64,000 nucleotides of DNA from Escherichia phage vB_EcoM_3HA11. A program made the position numbers and the translations under genes. Below are positions 9,089-18,283 of the stretch, one piece after another; position 1 is the stretch's first letter; the number at the start of each line of letters is the position of its first letter. The notes under the pieces were generated by a model. The model saw nothing but the letters and a program-made list of their open reading frames with translations. It searched no databases and had not been told where the DNA came from. Location of the stretch: sequence record MN342150; one strand, written 5' to 3'.

Positions 9089-11110
9089 ATGGCAGAATTC
9101 AAACCCTTCGCAACAGCAGTTAATAACAACGTTCTGGCGATGTCCGCAACTGGTCTGTTCATGACCAATATCGATAAAGATGCTCTTTGGGATCTGTATC
9201 TGGCATCTTTCCCTGCTGGTACTAACCCGCTGTACCGCGAACGTACTGAACACGATTGCACCTGCTGTAAACAATTCATCCGTAACATCGGCGGTGTTGT
9301 CACCATCGATTCAGAACTGAACGTAATTTCTATCTGGGACAACATTGATCTGGGTAATGAATATGACGTGGTGGCTGCGGCTCTTTCCGCGTATGTTAAA
9401 CAACACGCAATCGTCGATGTTTATTTTAACGATTCTGCCAAAGTCGGCCTGTCTCACAATCACGAATCTGGTGAAGATGGCAAAATCCGTACTTACAATC
9501 ATTTCCATACCCAATTACTTGGTAGCTATGTTCTGCGTCCGGACGCAATCGCTTCGAAAAAAGGTGAAATCCGCCAGGCTATTGAATTGTTTGAACGCGG
9601 TCTGCGTGAAATTACTCTGGAATCAGCTGAAATCGTTCTGGAACTGATTGACCAGAATTCTCTGTATCGCGGCGCAGAACACAAAGCAGCAGTGAAGGGA
9701 TTCGTTGAAACCAAAAAGGCATATGAACAAATCCCCGAATCAGCCCGTTCTCTGTGGACATGGCATACTGGATACCGTTCAAACAATCATGTTCCACACG
9801 GCATCCGTAACACAGTTATCGGCACTCTGCTGACAGATATCAGCGAAGGCGTGGAACTGGAAAAGGCTGTTAAGTCGTTTGAATCCAAAGTTGCTCCGGC
9901 GAACTACAAACGTCCGACAGCGCTGGTTTCAAAATCCATGATCGAAAACGCTCAGAAAGAAGTTATTGCTCTGGGTTTGGAAGACTCACTGGCGCGTCGT
10001 TATGCGGTTTATGATGACCTGACGATCAACAACGTTTTGTTCGCAGATCTGGCCGCTCAGAAAGCGATGGATCCGTTTGCACAGCTGGCCGCAGAAGTGA
10101 AAACTCCGACTAAGTCCTTAGAAAAAGTTGAAGAGATCAGCGTTGATGATTTCCTGAGCAATGTTCTACCAAAAGCGCATTCAATGGAAGTGCTGGTAGA
10201 GAATTCTCATACCAGCAACCTGATGTCCCTGGTTGCTCCGGCGAACCCAGATGCACCTAACCTGTTCAAGTGGAACAACGGTTTCTCCTGGTCTTACAAC
10301 GGTGAAGTGACCGATTCCATTAAAGAACGTGTAAAAGCTGCTGGTGGTAAAGTTGACGGGTATCTGCGCGTTTCCTTGGCGTGGCACAATAACGACGACC
10401 TCGATCTGCATATGTTCTTTAACAATATGGAGCACGTTTACTTCCGTGATCGTCGCTCTATGACAGGTGCCCATCTGGATATCGATATGAACGGTATGGA
10501 TGGTATCGATCCAAACCGCGCTCCGGTGGAAAATATCATCTTTACAGATGAAAGCAAGCTGCGCGATGGTGAATACCGTTTCGAAATCCACAACTACAAT
10601 CAACGTGAAAAGATCGACGAAGGGTTTGAAGTCGAAGTAGAATACAAAGGCGCAACGCATCGTTTCAGCCATCCCGGCCTGAAAGATCAGGGGCGTATCA
10701 CTGCAGTCATCCTGACTGTTAAAGACAAACAAGTTGTTGGCATTAAGTCCGAACTGGCTAATGTTGATAAGTCTAAAGAAGTTTGGGGTATCAAGACTGC
10801 GACCTTCCAGAAAGTACAGCTGGTCCTGAATTCACCAAACCATTGGGATGGGGAGCAAACTGGTAACAAGCATGTGTTCTTCATTCTTGAAGGTTGTGCT
10901 AATCCTGAAGGTACTCGTGGTTTCTACAACGAATATCTGAAGCCAGAACTGGATAAACATCGTAAGGTTTTTGAAATGTTGGGTAGTAAAATGAAAGTCC
11001 AGCCGAATGAAAACCAACTGTCCGGTCTGGGATTCTCGACGACGCAACGCAACCACGTGTTCGTCAAAGTGTCCGGCGCGTTTAACCGTACTGTAAAAGT
11101 CATTTTCTAA
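9089..11110 (+). CDS. large conserved hypothetical protein (673 aa)
   Basis: Strong RBS AGGAAG. Contains HDCTCC cysteine cluster and a KVDGYLR segment reminiscent of the KxDG nucleotidyltransferase motif (speculative). No P-loop. Confidence 0.6.
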   Translation: MAEFKPFATAVNNNVLAMSATGLFMTNIDKDALWDLYLASFPAGTNPLYRERTEHDCTCCKQFIRNIGGVVTIDSELNVISIWDNIDLGNEYDVVAAALSAYVKQHAIVDVYFNDSAKVGLSHNHESGEDGKIRTYNHFHTQLLGSYVLRPDAIASKKGEIRQAIELFERGLREITLESAEIVLELIDQNSLYRGAEHKAAVKGFVETKKAYEQIPESARSLWTWHTGYRSNNHVPHGIRNTVIGTLLTDISEGVELEKAVKSFESKVAPANYKRPTALVSKSMIENAQKEVIALGLEDSLARRYAVYDDLTINNVLFADLAAQKAMDPFAQLAAEVKTPTKSLEKVEEISVDDFLSNVLPKAHSMEVLVENSHTSNLMSLVAPANPDAPNLFKWNNGFSWSYNGEVTDSIKERVKAAGGKVDGYLRVSLAWHNNDDLDLHMFFNNMEHVYFRDRRSMTGAHLDIDMNGMDGIDPNRAPVENIIFTDESKLRDGEYRFEIHNYNQREKIDEGFEVEVEYKGATHRFSHPGLKDQGRITAVILTVKDKQVVGIKSELANVDKSKEVWGIKTATFQKVQLVLNSPNHWDGEQTGNKHVFFILEGCANPEGTRGFYNEYLKPELDKHRKVFEMLGSKMKVQPNENQLSGLGFSTTQRNHVFVKVSGAFNRTVKVIF

Positions 11111-11147
11111 TTGATTTTACCACAAATTCGTAATAAGGAACAATGAA

Positions 11148-11519
11148 ATGTTTGATCAAGCAACCCGTTTAAAACTGCGTTTCAACTCTAACAAAGGTCT
11201 GCTGTCTGTTGAGCAGGTTTGGGATCTGAACCTGAATGCCCTAAACGAACTGGCGAAAGACCTCAGCCGTCAGGTGAAGGAAGCCGCCAGCGATGAAGAA
11301 GATTTCATCGGCGTGAAAAGCGCAGTCGACTCTCAGTTACAACTGCGTTTCGATATCGTGAAAGCGATCATCGGTGTTAAACTGAAAGAACGTGACGAAA
11401 GCGCAACCGCCGCCGAACGTAAAGCGAATAACCAGGCGATCATGGAACTGATCCAGCGTAAGAAACAGCAGGAACTGGAAGGCCTCTCTGTTGAAGAACT
11501 GGAAAAACTCCTGAAATAA
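11148..11519 (+). CDS. hypothetical protein (123 aa, coiled-coil rich)
   Basis: RBS AAGGAA; followed by a strong terminator. Confidence 0.55.
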   Translation: MFDQATRLKLRFNSNKGLLSVEQVWDLNLNALNELAKDLSRQVKEAASDEEDFIGVKSAVDSQLQLRFDIVKAIIGVKLKERDESATAAERKANNQAIMELIQRKKQQELEGLSVEELEKLLK

Positions 11520-11540
11520 TCTGTCGGCTCCGGCCTGAGC

Positions 11541-11569
11541 AACCCCGCTATGTGCGGGGTTTCTTTTGG
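11541..11569 (+). terminator. rho-independent terminator
   Basis: AACCCCGCtatgtGCGGGGTTTCTTTTGG. Confidence 0.65.
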
Positions 11570-11578
11570 AGAAATATT

Positions 11579-11815
11579 ATGAAACAAATTACTAAGACAG
11601 TACAAATCACCCAATATCAAACGGATGACGGCAGAGTGTTCGATACTCTTGGTCAGGCCGAACATTATGAGAAGATGAAGTCCGGTATTCGCAAGGTATG
11701 CTCTTCTTGTGATGGCAAAGGTCGCGACTCTCCGTCGGGCGACGGGCGTGATATGACGACTTGTCATTATTGTGGTGGTAAAGGCTGGGTAGAAAAGAAA
11801 GAGATATGGGGTTAA
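11579..11815 (+). CDS. small zinc-finger protein (DnaJ-type CxxCxGxG repeats)
   Basis: CSSCDGKG and CHYCGGKG motifs; RBS GGAG. Confidence 0.55.
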   Translation: MKQITKTVQITQYQTDDGRVFDTLGQAEHYEKMKSGIRKVCSSCDGKGRDSPSGDGRDMTTCHYCGGKGWVEKKEIWG

Positions 11816-12225
11816 TGAAACCTGTCATCTGTGATTACTGCGGTCAACCTGCCCAATACGTCGGGGGCGATGCTGTATACCCCCACCGCCCCGACCTCCG
11901 CAATCTGAAGTTCTGGGTATGCTCGCCATGCGACGCTCGTGTGGGTTGCCATACCCATGGGGATGGTAGACAACCTCTGGGAAGGATGGCGAATGCCGCT
12001 CTCCGTGCTGCTAAGCAGGAAGCTCATAGGTCGTTTGACCCTATCTGGAAAAGTGGGCAGAGGAGCAGGAGTGATGCTTACAGCTGGCTGGCTCATAATC
12101 TGGGGATCAAGAAGCGCGATTGCCATATCGGCTTGTTCGATATCGATATGTGCCGTAAAGTAGTCGCTGTGTGTAATCAACTAAAGGCACAAGATAATGT
12201 CAAAGGAAATACAAGAAGCATTTGA
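11815..12225 (+). CDS. zinc-finger protein (CxxC...CxxC, conserved phage family)
   Basis: Start overlaps the upstream stop (TAATG). CDYCG ... CSPCDARVGCH cysteine pattern. Confidence 0.5.
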   Translation: MKPVICDYCGQPAQYVGGDAVYPHRPDLRNLKFWVCSPCDARVGCHTHGDGRQPLGRMANAALRAAKQEAHRSFDPIWKSGQRSRSDAYSWLAHNLGIKKRDCHIGLFDIDMCRKVVAVCNQLKAQDNVKGNTRSI

Positions 12226-12448
12226 AAAATTATCTCAGGTAATGACCGACTGCAACCGCCGGAATTATTGTGATGAAGCGTATACCAAATTGAAAACTGC
12301 TGTTGAAACCGAGCTGGCAGGTCTTTCCGTTTTCAAAGATATTCAGACCGAAGTGCTATATCTGTCGGATGAAGATTTAAGGCGTTGCCCCCGCAAGATT
12401 TACCAATTACTGGATCGTTTGGTGAAAGTGGGGGTGAATAATGGGTAA
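12197..12448 (+). CDS. hypothetical protein (83 aa)
   Basis: ORF with overlapping neighbours; no recognisable domain. Confidence 0.4.
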   Translation: MSKEIQEAFEKLSQVMTDCNRRNYCDEAYTKLKTAVETELAGLSVFKDIQTEVLYLSDEDLRRCPRKIYQLLDRLVKVGVNNG

Positions 12449-13166
12449 TCGTGAAGGGATTAAACTCACACCAGAACTTCTGAAGTCACATATTGCTGAA
12501 GTGATTTATGAAGACCGTGAAGTTGGTGGTCACCGCGTCATTACATGCCATTTCAAGATGGACAATGGGTTCGTTGTGTGGGGTAAGAATAGTTCCACAT
12601 CGGTAGACCCTGCCAACTTCGATGAAGAAATAGGCAAGCAGCTGGCCTATGAAAAGACCCTTTCTCAACTGTGGGAACTGGAAGCATATCGCGCGATGGT
12701 AGAAAAGCAGATCATCGATGTGTCTGCCGAAGATGCTAAGATCAACATTGATGAATATGTGTCAGAAAGGGAAGCGATACATGAGATGGGTGGTTCTGAA
12801 TTTCTTAAGGGTAAAGGACAATCCATCGTGTTTCGTCATCCCAAAGATCCAAGTCGGGGATTTCGCGTTGAATTTGTTCGCACCGATAATGAACGTTATA
12901 ACGAACGACGCAATGGTGAGGCACGATCTTTGGTGGAAGCGTATCTTCGCTCGTTCATGACTTCTGAAGAACTAAATTCTGAACTTGTCTTGCGTTTGGC
13001 GAAAACGTGTAATGCTGCTTCAGGGGATTATCCGTGGTGTGACCTGTCAGAAGACAAACGCCAAGCAGCCTGTGATCGTGTTAAGAAATTCTTGTTAGAT
13101 CCGAAAGCCCAACCTGGTGATTCCGTAGGGGCACTGTATAGAGCCATTGTGGTGTCCTACTTGTAA
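12441..13166 (+). CDS. phage gp49/gp66-like domain protein with C-terminal extension
   Basis: N-terminal GHRVITCHFKMDNGFVVWGK ... VDPANFDEEIGKQLAYEKTLSQLWELEAY resembles the small Phage_gp49_66 family as recalled. Confidence 0.45.
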   Translation: MGNREGIKLTPELLKSHIAEVIYEDREVGGHRVITCHFKMDNGFVVWGKNSSTSVDPANFDEEIGKQLAYEKTLSQLWELEAYRAMVEKQIIDVSAEDAKINIDEYVSEREAIHEMGGSEFLKGKGQSIVFRHPKDPSRGFRVEFVRTDNERYNERRNGEARSLVEAYLRSFMTSEELNSELVLRLAKTCNAASGDYPWCDLSEDKRQAACDRVKKFLLDPKAQPGDSVGALYRAIVVSYL

Positions 13167-13433
13167 TTCTTCAAAAGTCTTTCAAAATCAATAACGTCCG
13201 GCAAAATGCTGGGCGTTTCAATTAATAAGCCAAGGTATAATGGCCCAACTGAAAACGCGGGGGAATTTCTTTGTCCAAGCCATTCATTCGTTCCGGAGTT
13301 GATTCTCTAGACTCCCAATTTAAGCCGAGCGAAGTTTTAATCCAACAAATTGAAACCAATCGTGAATTCATAGAACACATGTTGGCAAAGCCGGAAGGTG
13401 AAGCCGCTCAAACCACCAAAGAAGGTAATAACG

Positions 13434-15650
13434 ATGATTGAATCATTAACATTTAAAAATGCGGTAGCAACCGTCGCGCCGTCTAACCATGTAATCGTTG
13501 TGGATATCTCCGGTTCCATGTACCGTTCACTTCCTGAAGTTCGCAAGCATCTGAAGGAAAATCTCCCGTCTCTGGTTAAACCAGAAGATACCGTCAGCAT
13601 TCTTTACTTTTCATCCCGTGGTGATTTCGGTACGGTATTCGCTGGCCGTCAGATCAATAGCGCGACCGATCTCAGTGAAATCAATAAACTGATTGACCGC
13701 TTCCTGCAACCGTCCGGTTGTACGGGATTTGTAGAACCTCTGAAGTTGGCTGCTGAAACCGCGTTGAGCCTGAACAAACCTGGTTATGTCAATAACCTGG
13801 CGTTCATGACCGACGGCTATGACAACTGCTGGCGCTCTAATGAAATTCTGGCAGCAGCTGAAGTACTGCCCAAGGCGTTCGATAATATTACATTCATCGA
13901 ATATGGCTGGTACTGTAACCGCGAACTTCTGGCCCTGATGTCCGAGCGTTCTGGCGCGACTCACGTGTTTGCCGAAGGTCAGACTGAATATCAGACCGAA
14001 CTGGAAAACGTACTGAAATCATCTACGCCGAAAGTGGTTGTTGATGTTCCCCTGGTTTACACTCATGCCATCTACGTTGAAAACGGCGTGGCAACTGTGC
14101 TAGCCGTACAACCAGATGAAGAACACCCGATTGGCCACGTCAGCATCCCTGAAAGCGTTTCTCAGCTGTGGGTTGTAAACCCCGACATGATCGACCAGCT
14201 GGATAATCTGGCAGACACCCAGGCGGCATACGTGCTGGCATTCTATGGCGTGTACACCATGGACGCCGATCTGGTCTGGGCCGCGCTGAAGAAGACGGGT
14301 GACGTCCGCTTCATCAAACAATACAGCAACTGTTTCACCAAGCAGGACTATTCCAACATCAAAGTCGATCTGACCCAGGCTATCGTGGATGAAACTCTGC
14401 GCGGCGTAGATGGCATCGATTACAATATGGTTCCAGCTGAAGATGCAACAACCATTGTTGATGTCTTGACCTACCTGGCCGAAGCCGATGTCTCTGTTGT
14501 CACTAAGCATCCACTGTTCTCTTACAACAGTATTGGGCGCGGTACTGTACAGAAAGTTGACGACACCGAAGACAAATTGGCCGAAGAGATTGCGAATGCG
14601 ACTTCTAAAGAAGAGCGTAAAGCCCTGGCGCTCAAACTGGCCGAGCACGAAGATTGGACGCCGGAATTTACTCCGGTTGATGACAAAGGGATTGTCCCAA
14701 TTAGCAATCTGGTCTATAATTCAGAACGTCCTAACATCAGTGTACAAACAGTTCAACACGGAACGGTTGTTGTACCCGAGTTCGTACAGAAGAAATATGA
14801 ACTTCCTGAAGAGTTGGGAACCTGGCGTTATCGCAATTACACCATTGTCAAGGATGGTATCATCAACCTGAAAACAATGCCTATTACTGCGGATTCTCCG
14901 ATTGTTCGGGCTAAGGTGGCACAGGATTTGACTGCCATGGGTGTTCATGTGTTTGGTGGACCGGAAGTCTTCATTGTAAATCTGGAAAGTGTCCCAATGG
15001 TTAACCGCGCTATGACAAAGAATATCAGTGCTGCTGAATTCTTTGCAGACAATGTGCGCCGTGAAGCATTGAAGGCGAAACAAAAAGTTCTGAAATTCTA
15101 TCGTGATGAGCTGGTTGGTAAAGGCAATGCTGCTGGTTTGGCTTCAAAATATGGCAAAGAAGCGGCTGATTTCCTGTCAGCAAACGGCATTCGCGACTAT
15201 GGATTTTCACCGAAGACTTCTTCTGTAGAATCAACTGATGTCTATATGAGTCGTGAATTGAATGTGAAAATCAAAGGCGCATCTTCACTGCCGAGCATCG
15301 CGTCTGTTATCAAAAAACAGACGGACGGTAAAAAACTGAATGTCGCTGATCAGCTGATCGCTAATGCCCTGGCTGAATACAATGCATTCGTTAAATCACC
15401 GATGATCACCAGCGTACCGGAAGAGACTCAGAAAAAGCTGATCGAAAGTTGGATTGGTGATGCAGCAAAAGCAGCTATCAACGAAGTTCGCGCTCTGAAC
15501 AAAACGCTGTCCAAGGTAGTTTATGGGATTGTTGCAGGCCATGGTTGGTTTACCGACCTGGATTTGGAAGAATCCACTATGGATGTGGAAGTTGATGGGG
15601 TGAAATACACCGTCACTGCCGAACTGGCCGAAAAAGAAGTCAAAATCTAA
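13434..15650 (+). CDS. von Willebrand factor type A (vWA) domain protein (739 aa)
   Basis: Start at internal ATG 13434 with AGAAGG RBS. N-terminal MIDAS motif VIVVDISGSM plus downstream S/T and D residues typical of vWA. Confidence 0.7.
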   Translation: MIESLTFKNAVATVAPSNHVIVVDISGSMYRSLPEVRKHLKENLPSLVKPEDTVSILYFSSRGDFGTVFAGRQINSATDLSEINKLIDRFLQPSGCTGFVEPLKLAAETALSLNKPGYVNNLAFMTDGYDNCWRSNEILAAAEVLPKAFDNITFIEYGWYCNRELLALMSERSGATHVFAEGQTEYQTELENVLKSSTPKVVVDVPLVYTHAIYVENGVATVLAVQPDEEHPIGHVSIPESVSQLWVVNPDMIDQLDNLADTQAAYVLAFYGVYTMDADLVWAALKKTGDVRFIKQYSNCFTKQDYSNIKVDLTQAIVDETLRGVDGIDYNMVPAEDATTIVDVLTYLAEADVSVVTKHPLFSYNSIGRGTVQKVDDTEDKLAEEIANATSKEERKALALKLAEHEDWTPEFTPVDDKGIVPISNLVYNSERPNISVQTVQHGTVVVPEFVQKKYELPEELGTWRYRNYTIVKDGIINLKTMPITADSPIVRAKVAQDLTAMGVHVFGGPEVFIVNLESVPMVNRAMTKNISAAEFFADNVRREALKAKQKVLKFYRDELVGKGNAAGLASKYGKEAADFLSANGIRDYGFSPKTSSVESTDVYMSRELNVKIKGASSLPSIASVIKKQTDGKKLNVADQLIANALAEYNAFVKSPMITSVPEETQKKLIESWIGDAAKAAINEVRALNKTLSKVVYGIVAGHGWFTDLDLEESTMDVEVDGVKYTVTAELAEKEVKI

Positions 15651-15658
15651 ATTCATCT

Positions 15659-15687
15659 GGCGGGGAAACCCGCCTTCATTTTGAGAT
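15659..15687 (+). terminator. rho-independent terminator
   Basis: GGCGGGGaaaCCCGCCTTCATTTT after the vWA gene. Confidence 0.6.
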
Positions 15688-16005
15688 ATGCTTATGTCAA
15701 ACAAACCAACTTATGTTGAAGTAATGCGTGTTCTGGCTCAGTACGCTTGTGACAACCTGAACATGGAAACTTGGCGCGACGGTGACCATAAAGAAAAGTT
15801 CGATAATATCGACGACAACATCGATGCGTTGGCTCCTCTTCGGGCCAAGAGCGATCTCGGCGGTGATGATCTTGACATGATTGAACTCATCATGGAAGTT
15901 GAAGAACAATATGATGTTGAAATCAGTGATGAATGGGTAGGCAAACATGGTGATGATCCCACGCTCGGCGAATTAGCTGAATTGGTAGTTGCCCTCCGCA
16001 AATAG
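15688..16005 (+). CDS. acyl carrier protein-like protein (Ser to Asp at the phosphopantetheine site)
   Basis: DLGGDDLDMIELIMEVEEQYDVEISDE aligns with ACP helix II (E. coli AcpP [27 protein letters not shown]), but DSL is DDL. Alternative start 15694. Confidence 0.6.
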   Translation: MLMSNKPTYVEVMRVLAQYACDNLNMETWRDGDHKEKFDNIDDNIDALAPLRAKSDLGGDDLDMIELIMEVEEQYDVEISDEWVGKHGDDPTLGELAELVVALRK

Positions 16006-16009
16006 CAGA

Positions 16010-16044
16010 AGTCCCCAACGGTTTGTTGGGGATTTTTACTTTTA
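16010..16044 (+). terminator. rho-independent terminator
   Basis: CCCCAACggtttgTTGGGGATTTTTACTTTT. Confidence 0.55.
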
Positions 16045-16048
16045 GGGG

Positions 16049-16078
16049 GTTTACTTGAATAAACATTTGCCGTATTAT
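16049..16078 (+). promoter_or_regulatory. early sigma70-type promoter (GTTTAC-N18-TATTAT)
   Basis: T4-early-like -35 GTTTAC and -10 TATTAT, about 55 nt upstream of the 16132 ATG. Confidence 0.45.
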
Positions 16079-16131
16079 TCAATAACTGGCTAACGTGGGG
16101 TTGGTCAGACATTGAATAGGTTGGTTATAAC

Positions 16132-16371
16132 ATGTCAAATAAAAAAGTAGAAACGACAGTAGAAATTGATCGTAATTGGGGATTACTCCGCGCTAAAGGT
16201 TTTCGTCGTGTTTATATGACCAAGGAAGTTTATGTTCAGCGTCGCGACGTTATTATCAGCAAGAAAGGTAAAGAGTGGGTTGCTGAAGAAGTTGACATTG
16301 AAACGGGTGTCGTGGGCAAAGTAAAAGCGAAGGCGGCTATTTTGTTTGCTCTTCTGAAGCATATCAATTAA
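16132..16371 (+). CDS. hypothetical protein (79 aa)
   Basis: ORF downstream of a promoter/terminator cassette. Confidence 0.5.
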   Translation: MSNKKVETTVEIDRNWGLLRAKGFRRVYMTKEVYVQRRDVIISKKGKEWVAEEVDIETGVVGKVKAKAAILFALLKHIN

Positions 16372-16409
16372 TTCTATAATTTACGGCGGGGTAATCATAC
16401 CCCGCCTAT

Positions 16410-16431
16410 TTGAAATTGCAGGAACTATATC
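16410..16431 (+). promoter_or_regulatory. conserved 5' leader motif TTGAAATTGCAGGAACTATATC(ATG)
   Basis: Near-identical 21-22-nt leader, including the SD, recurs before three unrelated genes (16432, 32720, 45979). Confidence 0.5.
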
Positions 16432-16710
16432 ATGACAGATCAAAGAAGTATTGCTCGTTCGGAAATCAAAGATATTATACAGAGCAAGACCAACGAAACT
16501 CATGCTCAATCCAGAATGTTATCTCGATTTGTTGAAATTAAGTTTGACATTGAAGAGAATAACAATCAGAGAGCGCTGGAGGGGATGTTGGCAATTATCT
16601 TGCGCCATTTCACCGATTCAGCATATGACATGGATGATTTAACTCGTTTGTTGAACGCCCAGAATATCGTTGGGACTTCTGTTCGTGAATTGCTGTTTAA
16701 GTCTGAATGA
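16432..16710 (+). CDS. hypothetical protein (92 aa)
   Basis: ORF preceded by a hairpin and the conserved leader motif. Confidence 0.5.
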   Translation: MTDQRSIARSEIKDIIQSKTNETHAQSRMLSRFVEIKFDIEENNNQRALEGMLAIILRHFTDSAYDMDDLTRLLNAQNIVGTSVRELLFKSE

Positions 16711-16747
16711 ACTAACTAAGGGATAACCCTATATCCCGAGGTGTGTC

Positions 16748-17197
16748 ATGTTTCTTACATCCTTTATTGACTGGATGAATATCATAAATGGCCTGAGGAT
16801 TCCTGTTGGGAATCTCGGGCTTTCTCGTTCTTCTATGCCGCAAATCGATGCCGACAAACAAGAAGATTTTCACAAATATCTTGAAGACAACGGCGTGTCC
16901 ATAGATGCTGCGCAAGTGCCCATCAAAATGCTTCGTCTTACCCAGAACGAAATCAATAAAATGAAGGTCTGGAAGATCATGAAGCAAATCAGAAATAAGA
17001 AACCTATGGGTCGAGTTTGGGTGTCTTCTGACAATTACGTTGTTGACGGTTCTCACCGATTTGTCGCTGCGTTGAACATGGATGGTAAACAGCGCATGAA
17101 GGTCTACAAAGTTGATTTGCCTGCGATGGAATTCGTAAAACTCGCCAAACAATTTCAGGGTGTGCGGTACAGAACGGTCAGCGATACCCGTTTCTGA
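16748..17197 (+). CDS. ParB/Srx-fold (ParB-like nuclease domain) protein
   Basis: LRLTQNEINKMKV ... VWVSSDNYVVDGSHRFVAA fits the ParB N-terminal/sulfiredoxin motif (...DGhHR..A). Confidence 0.5.
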   Translation: MFLTSFIDWMNIINGLRIPVGNLGLSRSSMPQIDADKQEDFHKYLEDNGVSIDAAQVPIKMLRLTQNEINKMKVWKIMKQIRNKKPMGRVWVSSDNYVVDGSHRFVAALNMDGKQRMKVYKVDLPAMEFVKLAKQFQGVRYRTVSDTRF

Positions 17198-17276
17198 ATA
17201 CGATAGTTTATTGAAACCCTTTACTCAACATGGTGAGCCGACTATCATTTTATCCAATGAAATAAGGAGAATCACC

Positions 17277-17966
17277 ATGAAACGTTTAATCCTCGGGGTT
17301 GTGCTGGCAGGTCTGGCATTACCCGCCACCGCCAAGCTGAACTCCACAGGTGACAAACTGTGGTCTGATCTTTCCTACTGTGCTGGGTTCTCCCAGGCGG
17401 TCGCTATCGACAAGTCCGGTTCCATAGAGAATTTCGCTGAACTTTGGAACACGGGTAACGTCTCCACTGCTGTTGTTAATGCTGGGATTGAGTTCAACCG
17501 TTACAAACAGGGAGCCTACAACTTGAAAGGCTACCTGAATGACGATGAATTTAACCGAGGAGGCATGGAGGCTGGCGATCTCATCATGACTGGCCGTATG
17601 GGCACACAAGGCCGTATGACTGTAAGGCAATGCCGTTCTCTCCCCTCTCCGGCATTACAGAAGGGTGTGCAAATCGGGCGTCGACATTTGGATCTGATCA
17701 ATGATGGCAACCAATGCATCAAGGTGTTTGAATATAGTGCCGACCAAGAATCAGATCGACGTTTGAAAAAGGAATGGCGGACACGTGCCCTTGGATTGAG
17801 AGCATGGCTCGTAGAAAATGATTATTACTATGAGGATCGTGTTCAGAACGGATTGAAAGATCTTTCCACTAATTTGTCTGTCAATCTAGACGACCCAAGG
17901 CTTTCGCGTGAACTCAAGCAAACACGGATTGACTGCGACAATATGATGAAGGAGAACGAAAGATGA
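17277..17966 (+). CDS. secreted/periplasmic protein with signal peptide
   Basis: Start at internal ATG with strong RBS AAGGAG; N-terminus MKRLILGVVLAGLALPATA is a classic Sec signal peptide. Confidence 0.6.
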   Translation: MKRLILGVVLAGLALPATAKLNSTGDKLWSDLSYCAGFSQAVAIDKSGSIENFAELWNTGNVSTAVVNAGIEFNRYKQGAYNLKGYLNDDEFNRGGMEAGDLIMTGRMGTQGRMTVRQCRSLPSPALQKGVQIGRRHLDLINDGNQCIKVFEYSADQESDRRLKKEWRTRALGLRAWLVENDYYYEDRVQNGLKDLSTNLSVNLDDPRLSRELKQTRIDCDNMMKENER

Positions 17967-18283
17967 GAAACATAATATTCTTGTTATTCTTTTCTATGTT
18001 GGCATCATTCCAAGTTATGGCAACTCCGGCTAGCAAATTGAATATCTGTGCGGCCTGGTTGTCTACTTATCAACAATTTCACCCTGATGATAAAGATACA
18101 TCCATCCTTTTATCAGATTATGAAGGTGAGTTGAAACGCCTTGATCTCTACAGCGTGGATCAAATAGAGAATGCTTTGGATTTGCCAATGATGGAGTCCG
18201 CTGCCGACAATAGCAAACAGACGATCAAAGATCTGACTATGTGTCGGGAAATAGCGACTAATTTCGTTGGAAATCAAAGATAA
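17963..18283 (+). CDS. small secreted protein with signal peptide
   Basis: ATGA stop/start overlap; N-terminal hydrophobic signal MRNIIFLLFFSMLASFQVMA. Confidence 0.5.
   Translation: MRNIIFLLFFSMLASFQVMATPASKLNICAAWLSTYQQFHPDDKDTSILLSDYEGELKRLDLYSVDQIENALDLPMMESAADNSKQTIKDLTMCREIATNFVGNQR

Noticed and set aside
10181-10732. 183-aa minus-strand ORF inside the 673-aa gene
   Set aside because: Antisense to a long, well-initiated + strand gene; no independent support.
14100-14648. 182-aa minus-strand ORF inside the vWA gene
   Set aside because: Antisense to the vWA protein gene; no RBS or promoter.
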